Below are positions 60,901-64,000 of a stretch of DNA of 64,000 nt, piece by piece (position 1 is the first letter of the stretch; each line of letters opens with the position of its first letter). The stretch is taken from assembly GCA_040390065.1 (NCBI GenBank), contig JAZJZE010000006.1:1-64000 (forward strand). Direction: 5' to 3'. Under the pieces are notes generated by a model. The model was given only the letters and a program-made list of their open reading frames with translations. It searched no databases and had not been told where the DNA came from. A program made the position numbers and the translations under genes. The DNA comes from a bacterium. Its GTDB lineage: Archaea; Thermoplasmatota; E2; JACPAO01; JAHFTW01.

Positions 60901-61161
60901 GCCGGCATCGCGCTGGCGCTCATCCTGTCGGGTCTCGTGATCTTCGTGATCCTGAAGCGCCGCTCCAAGCTCGAAGCCACCGGCGGCACCGCCTACAGCT
61001 GGGAGTCGGCCAACCCCGAACTCCTCGGCATCGACGAGGCCACCGGCCTGCCCGTGCACGAAGTGCGCTGCCCGTCCTGCAACAACCCGTTCCAGGCCGT
61101 CGGCGCTCTCCCCTTGCCGGTCACGTGCCCGACTTGCGGCACGACCGGGGAACTCGAATAG
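54922..61161 (+). CDS. giant single-pass surface protein 3
   Basis: GAGGT RBS, signal peptide, DVDHNGHIDRFIVSFTE / DADHNGYLDGVQLTFSE units, FN3, TM and CPSC...CPTC. Closest to protein 2 (shared YHYALNT.P.Y.VL and YFHVAA.SGGGS). Confidence 0.88.
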   Translation: MASKSSRMGQLLGPLVLAFLMVFTVLATVTPQAQAAVTSRPEGKVLITTEPDFNLPNYDQMGPTGSIFYPWQAQPPGPTTQPPQVVNNPLATYPKNPATVYVNTKHQDPDGKCPGCFQRTVRVAFNDMAVTRIDFVAPTRDAFSTPVCSNTPVDAWAAAMDPCKDHGMLRWRPEYSYATRPGWAVSVNAENAKKSQCDDPIKCAMGDDTPPARIMSFTSDVPNPVPSLLLGTTPGDARLANALDIVLAFSIDGTPSGDDGMQTFPQTPADEFHVQINVTPSGNPNIPFETTCPAWNSATGVNGNPQSPFTCVYTNPPFKGPAPVNFPAEFIADPRFSSVDCGVPGGLCTGTPGLVIRVDNTPPEVHETSNGDARVAAGNGGPIPCVCSFFSQDVDHNGHIDRFIVSFTEPLNPNTFDFRQFSIQTKGRDRPYTITNAFFEQQRAGPGPEEGLCLQGLTTPPAQTPPLTPIRITYPGSTCRVDFLVAEMPFMDSGDTPNLKYPCDLCPATATDRAGNPLKKMTGTTILAVDRAPPILYSTYALDAAHNGGVPYAQTELQVFFSENVMGSGCNDPQAGPPATCGTRPVQFNDLCYMDNVSPGGAGDVIGKPTPDLPSGGRVITSITTTINPSDTLNFATGPVITAGQIYYIGTVTSGTTTGGGATRLIDTSKNFAAIGVTVGMIIDFSGGCSAPIGACTGCFSLDTPYDTTSAVCQPAPKCRYFDLVDHTPAPGASSVGTAGDGWKMRVLTMLNPTDTNNRLMYGSADVHPFNGDMITVNVAPHGLTRGCFAVMLEQGILGTDPCNADVRDLHDNGAWYPTGLPRVAYPRPPALAHVTFPMVKSATVDSSNPSCPQSTPGKGVGPGDLTDTVACHYWLKLQFNGPVRGPNGPASCDTTTGSGKTAKPFFACNLDIKAATGKELGQGPQGFFGPAPPSTTGSSSTATQAPYYLMGDNDQAVLQMDYAARPIDVSLSGARVKLVCNTIFATPGWVSKYSLDPSTTGVNPLVGAIPCDDPDQYYGPQEDFGGVVQRPDIDIVDLTPPRILEARTVDADHNGYLDGVQLTFSEPIDDGSYCGNDPSAQAAPNFCPDTESGAGTGYITFSRWTSQEMIRAMTDVHEEECFASSGTLDGTDTGTPYTDGFKWDTGTLSNDNVGTILHVRTLTQQDGSYITRPQDCNEYFRGVRMDGLPNPPAPNGDGATRPLQRWPTDSLLHITSPVPGLFSDLATHPFHDNSDIFSPPNSPPVANPNQLPRICQFESRAMTGQAGTYNQVQSHPSAACDTTQITVDSVRVTDGAPPVLWKAQTYDTPVLDVNGIPDTKNFWNNLFGDGTIDGYRLTFSERVNDGSFVAADWHVAGHDTLEFTNPTGCSKPGKTTYVNHEVTIDTVIPGKALMRTRDTTLNPFDPLQNDQISQGQSDDQFILLFTPAKTIFTKPDGCKELHAAYDTETKPELTASGPNGHLHMADRAGLLKPNPICPSNTANCCPGGPSINNCMVDFDTFAVQEEDRAGPQIVRIEGFAGTNHIDVRFSEPVDDGSHSGLVRDDFQYFDKNAKDVAGFSSTEPVESTAGGRNSTIHLGQLLTVSDQTSDKIAARTCRIYEVAPSVSPSQRQCVPSYPRSLVPENDTAAPGALSDFRIVAELTNANSLTASWTAPADDGTAGKPVSGYTCLVGTRTILGNETNDNRISFSYDPPVSSLAGPGLTQTVRIAGLDSEAKYYIACYAKDDLGNLSPLSEVASGTTTRDVTPPTGTITIKSPSHPAGVPTAGNTISFTWNAITKAQEPESTVVYHYALNTNPNYVVLATDGATQDTKVTQLAPGDGTYYFHVAAMSGGGSTLTAHYQVVVGLPPLTVASIESANDLVKTEPFRQEQELNGQTVVLNNVTWTLPPDTTPPGLDISGVEIWREDHGIFTKLNLADTDPKICSHPLSGSYDDLKSGHCWDTSLGATADSKYKVTMVFATPPHTQGEPVKGYAGLVDQTPGVVPPWIWILAGIALALILSGLVIFVILKRRSKLEATGGTAYSWESANPELLGIDEATGLPVHEVRCPSCNNPFQAVGALPLPVTCPTCGTTGELE

Positions 61162-61226
61162 CCCAGAACGGGTTCGTGCGGCGGTCGCGCTCGGCCGCGC
61201 GCCCGCCGACGGAACCCATTCTGGGC
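61161..61226. repeat. long imperfect inverted repeat after giant protein 3
   Basis: GCCCAGAACGGGTTC...GGAACCCATTCTGGGC enclosing a further GC stem. Confidence 0.7.
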
Positions 61227-61522
61227 GATGCCAAGCCAGGGCACTAGGGGGCGCCGTTCGTGTCATGCTCCACTTGGGCCATAGGGTGGTGTCAGCCCCT
61301 AAGACCCCCCAGCGGACGGCGCAGCGTCGCCCGGCGCCGCTGCGCCGGCCATCGCACCGGGCCCTCCCGGGCCACCTCCCCCACCATTCGGTAGGCACGC
61401 CAGCGCGTCGCAGCGCCTCGCGGGCCGCGATGCCCCCGTCGCACGAAGCGGTCCTTTCCACCTAAATAGCGAAAAACCCCTGTGCCGACCATGGGGCCGC
61501 CATGCGTTGGGGAGGATTCCGC

Positions 61523-62899
61523 ATGAGGCACGGCCGCGGCGCGGCATCGACCCTGGCCCGTGGCTGGCTGCGCGACGGTCGCCGCTGGTCCCTCGGCTCC
61601 TCCCTCGTCCTGGCTGGCACTCTCATCGCCATGGTCGGGACGGCCGGCATCCTGGATGGAACGCGCGACGTCACCCTGGACCGAGTGTCCGATTTCTACA
61701 CGGGCGACCTTCGCATCACACCCGTCAGCCAAGGTGCCATGCCGGCTGGGTGGTTCGCCCTCAATGCATCGGCTGCCGGCCCCGGCGCGGCCAAGGAATT
61801 GCAGGCGAGCGGTCTCACCGTCTCGACGCGCGTCGAAGCGCAGTTCGTCATGAGTCGGCAAGGCCTCATCGCGAGCGCCATCGACCAGTTCCTGCAAAAT
61901 GGCCAGATTCCCGTGGAAACCCCCGGCAGCGGGGGCACGGATGCAAACAAGGCGCTGGTCGTGGGAGGTCTCGTCGGCATCGAGGCCGGCGACCACGCCT
62001 CGACCCGCATCGCGGAGCACCTCATCGACGGGCGCCTGCCGCGGCCGACGACGGACGGCACCGTCGAGGTCGCCATGTCGGTGCGCCGCCTCGAGGGCCT
62101 CCTGACGCCCGACGAACGCGCCCGCCTGCCCAGCCCACCGCCTCTGTCGGCCCTGTGCCACCGGGACGCCGTGACCAAGTCCACGCCATGCGACATCACG
62201 GCCGGCAAGACGCGCACGGGATCCTACTACGAGCCCTTCGTCGACCGGCCCGTCGACATCGTCGGCCTCTTCGAAACGGGCATCGACGTCCTCGACATGA
62301 CGACGCTCGTCGCGGCCGCGCCGCAAGTGCGCGAGCTTCTGGGACGGGGTGCTGATGAACCGATCGCCAACGCCTTGCTGGTCCAATCTGGCAGCCCAGC
62401 GGCGGCGCAAGCCATCGCCGACAAGCACCACTGGGCCACCGAGGGCACCGAGCACTTTGCCGGCAGTTACGTGGGCCAGCTGCTTGCCGTCCTCTCCGCC
62501 GTCGTCTTCCTCGTCGGCGCGCTCCTGTTCTTCCTGCCGACCTTCCTCGTCAGCCACGGCATCTCGCGGCAGTTGGCCATGCAGCAACGTGAACTTGCCG
62601 TGTGCACGGCCATCGGCGTGCCGACGTCCACGCTGCGCAAGGCGCTCGCCTTCCAGGTCCTGCTGATTGCCGCCGTGGGCGCCGGCGTGGCGCTTGTCGT
62701 CTCCCTTGCGGCCGCGGCCATCCTCCCTGGCGTCCTCGCCCAAGTCAAGGGGACGCCGTTGCCAGCAGGCTTCACCATCACGTGGACGACTGCAGTGCTG
62801 GCCGTCCTTGTCACGGTCGTCGCGATGGCCGTCGGTTGGGGACTTGGACTGCGGGCGCGCAGCCGCCTCCCGCTCACGGCGCAGTTGCGCTCCGCGTAG
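61523..62899 (+). CDS. FtsX/MacB-type ABC transporter permease
   Basis: TM1, a large extracytoplasmic loop, then QRELAVCTAIG and three further TMs. GGAGG RBS before ATG 61523. Confidence 0.8.
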   Translation: MRHGRGAASTLARGWLRDGRRWSLGSSLVLAGTLIAMVGTAGILDGTRDVTLDRVSDFYTGDLRITPVSQGAMPAGWFALNASAAGPGAAKELQASGLTVSTRVEAQFVMSRQGLIASAIDQFLQNGQIPVETPGSGGTDANKALVVGGLVGIEAGDHASTRIAEHLIDGRLPRPTTDGTVEVAMSVRRLEGLLTPDERARLPSPPPLSALCHRDAVTKSTPCDITAGKTRTGSYYEPFVDRPVDIVGLFETGIDVLDMTTLVAAAPQVRELLGRGADEPIANALLVQSGSPAAAQAIADKHHWATEGTEHFAGSYVGQLLAVLSAVVFLVGALLFFLPTFLVSHGISRQLAMQQRELAVCTAIGVPTSTLRKALAFQVLLIAAVGAGVALVVSLAAAAILPGVLAQVKGTPLPAGFTITWTTAVLAVLVTVVAMAVGWGLGLRARSRLPLTAQLRSA

Positions 62900-63048
62900 T
62901 GTTGCTGCGTCGGAAAGGCCCCGCTCATCCACAGATTCCGCTGAGACATCTGGCATGGTGCTGGTGAGCTCTTGCACGTCTTGCACGCACTCCGACGAGG
63001 GGCAGAACACGCAGATTGTGTCAAACCGGCATGGTCAATCTGCGGGTA

Positions 63049-63086
63049 TCCAGATGGATGACGAACTGGAAGGCATCTGCGAAATG
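63049..63086 (+). promoter_or_regulatory. conserved 38-bp upstream element (copy C)
   Basis: TCCAGATGGATGACGAACTGGAAGGCATCTGCGAAATG (37/38 to copy A). Confidence 0.75.
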
Positions 63087-63132
63087 CCGGGGCAAAGCCC
63101 TGAAAACCCCCCGCCTCGTCGCTACGGCGTCC

Positions 63133-64000
63133 ATGGAGTTCAAGCCGACCTCGGAGCAGGAGCTCATCCGGCAGACCGTGCGGGATTTCGCCGAGAACGA
63201 GGTCAAGCCCATCGCGGCGAAGATGGACGAGGACGACTGGTGGCCGGCCGAGCTTGTCCCGCGCATGGCCGAGCTTGGGCTGATGGGCATGACGGTCGCC
63301 GAGAAGGACGGCGGGTCCGGTCTCGACACGGTCTCCTACAACATCGCCATCGAGGAGGTCGCGCGCGTCTCCGGTTCGCTGGCCTTGTCGCTTGCAGCCC
63401 ACAACGGCCTCGGCATCAGCCAACTGTACAGGTTCGGCGGAGCGGAGCTCGTGTCAAAGTACATCCCGGACCTTGCCGCCGGCCGCAAGATCGGCGCCTG
63501 GGCCTTGACGGAACCGGGCTCCGGCTCCGACGCCGCCGGCCTCGCCACGACCGCCGTGCGCGAGGGCGACGGCTGGACCCTGTCGGGGCAGAAGCAGTTC
63601 ATCACCAACGGGCACGTCGCCTCCGTCTTCACGCTCATGGCCCGCAACGACCCGGCCAAAGGGTCGCAAGGCATCTCGGCCTTCGTCGCGCCCGCAGGCG
63701 CAAAGGGCCTGCGACTCGGCAAGAAGGAGGACAAGCTCGGCATGCGGGGCAGCATCACGAGCCAGATCTATCTCGAGGACCTGTGGATCCCCGACGACCA
63801 CGTCGTCGGCGAGGTCGGCCAAGGCTTCGTCGGCGCCATGCAGACGCTCGATGCCGGCCGCATCGCAATCGGCAGCCTCGCCCTCGGCCTCGCCCAGGGC
63901 GCCTTCGACGCGAGCCTCGCGTACAGCCAGGAGCGCAAGCAATTCGGCAAGCCCATCTCGGCGAACCAGGCCATCCAATGGAAGTTGGCCGACATGGCCA
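63133..64000 (+). CDS. acyl-CoA dehydrogenase (partial, runs off window; absent from the supplied ORF track)
   Basis: Read from ATG 63133: MEFKPTSEQELIRQTVRDFAENEVKP...WALTEPGSGSDA...GQKQFITNG...KEDKLGMRGS...LDAGRI...RKQFGKPI..NQAIQWKLADMA. Confidence 0.93.
   Translation, partial: MEFKPTSEQELIRQTVRDFAENEVKPIAAKMDEDDWWPAELVPRMAELGLMGMTVAEKDGGSGLDTVSYNIAIEEVARVSGSLALSLAAHNGLGISQLYRFGGAELVSKYIPDLAAGRKIGAWALTEPGSGSDAAGLATTAVREGDGWTLSGQKQFITNGHVASVFTLMARNDPAKGSQGISAFVAPAGAKGLRLGKKEDKLGMRGSITSQIYLEDLWIPDDHVVGEVGQGFVGAMQTLDAGRIAIGSLALGLAQGAFDASLAYSQERKQFGKPISANQAIQWKLADMA

Noticed and set aside
63049-63088. 38-bp element as a riboswitch
   Set aside because: Small stems are possible (TCCAG/CTGGA, GGCAT/ATGCC), but the copies lie upstream of the TATA boxes and the substitutions in copies A and B break rather than compensate the pairing.

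Overview
High-GC archaeal chromosomal segment, most consistent with Thermoplasmatota. The archaeal call rests on an alpha2-type tRNA splicing endonuclease, a GPN-loop GTPase, a stand-alone GMP synthase B subunit, a CCA-less tRNA-Leu and TATA-type promoters; the lineage is inferred from gene content only. The left third is mostly housekeeping (pyrE, purD, guaA-B, methionine gamma-lyase, panE, degenerate thiI, tRNA-Leu(CAA), ABC exporter, cysS) plus a type III PKS/methyltransferase pair. The rest is dominated by cell-surface genes. (i) At 22.5-30.2 kb, four tandem secreted Cys/Asp-rich proteins with three different N-terminal head types all end in the same ~28-aa tag (EPxxCANENPxTPLDGxCVGxDYxPP). 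(ii) At 41.7-61.2 kb, three giant (1.7-2.5 kaa) single-pass proteins end in a shared cytoplasmic Zn-ribbon and have related promoters; a conserved 38-bp element lies upstream of two of them and recurs before an acyl-CoA dehydrogenase. Other oddities are a PurD with a ~260-aa disordered motif-repeat N-terminus, a duplicated tRNA 5' half folded against its own antisense copy, a GGTNAC micro-array and REP-like structured repeats. No CRISPR array, rRNA, integrase or transposase was seen. All product calls come from motif recognition by eye, with no database searches.
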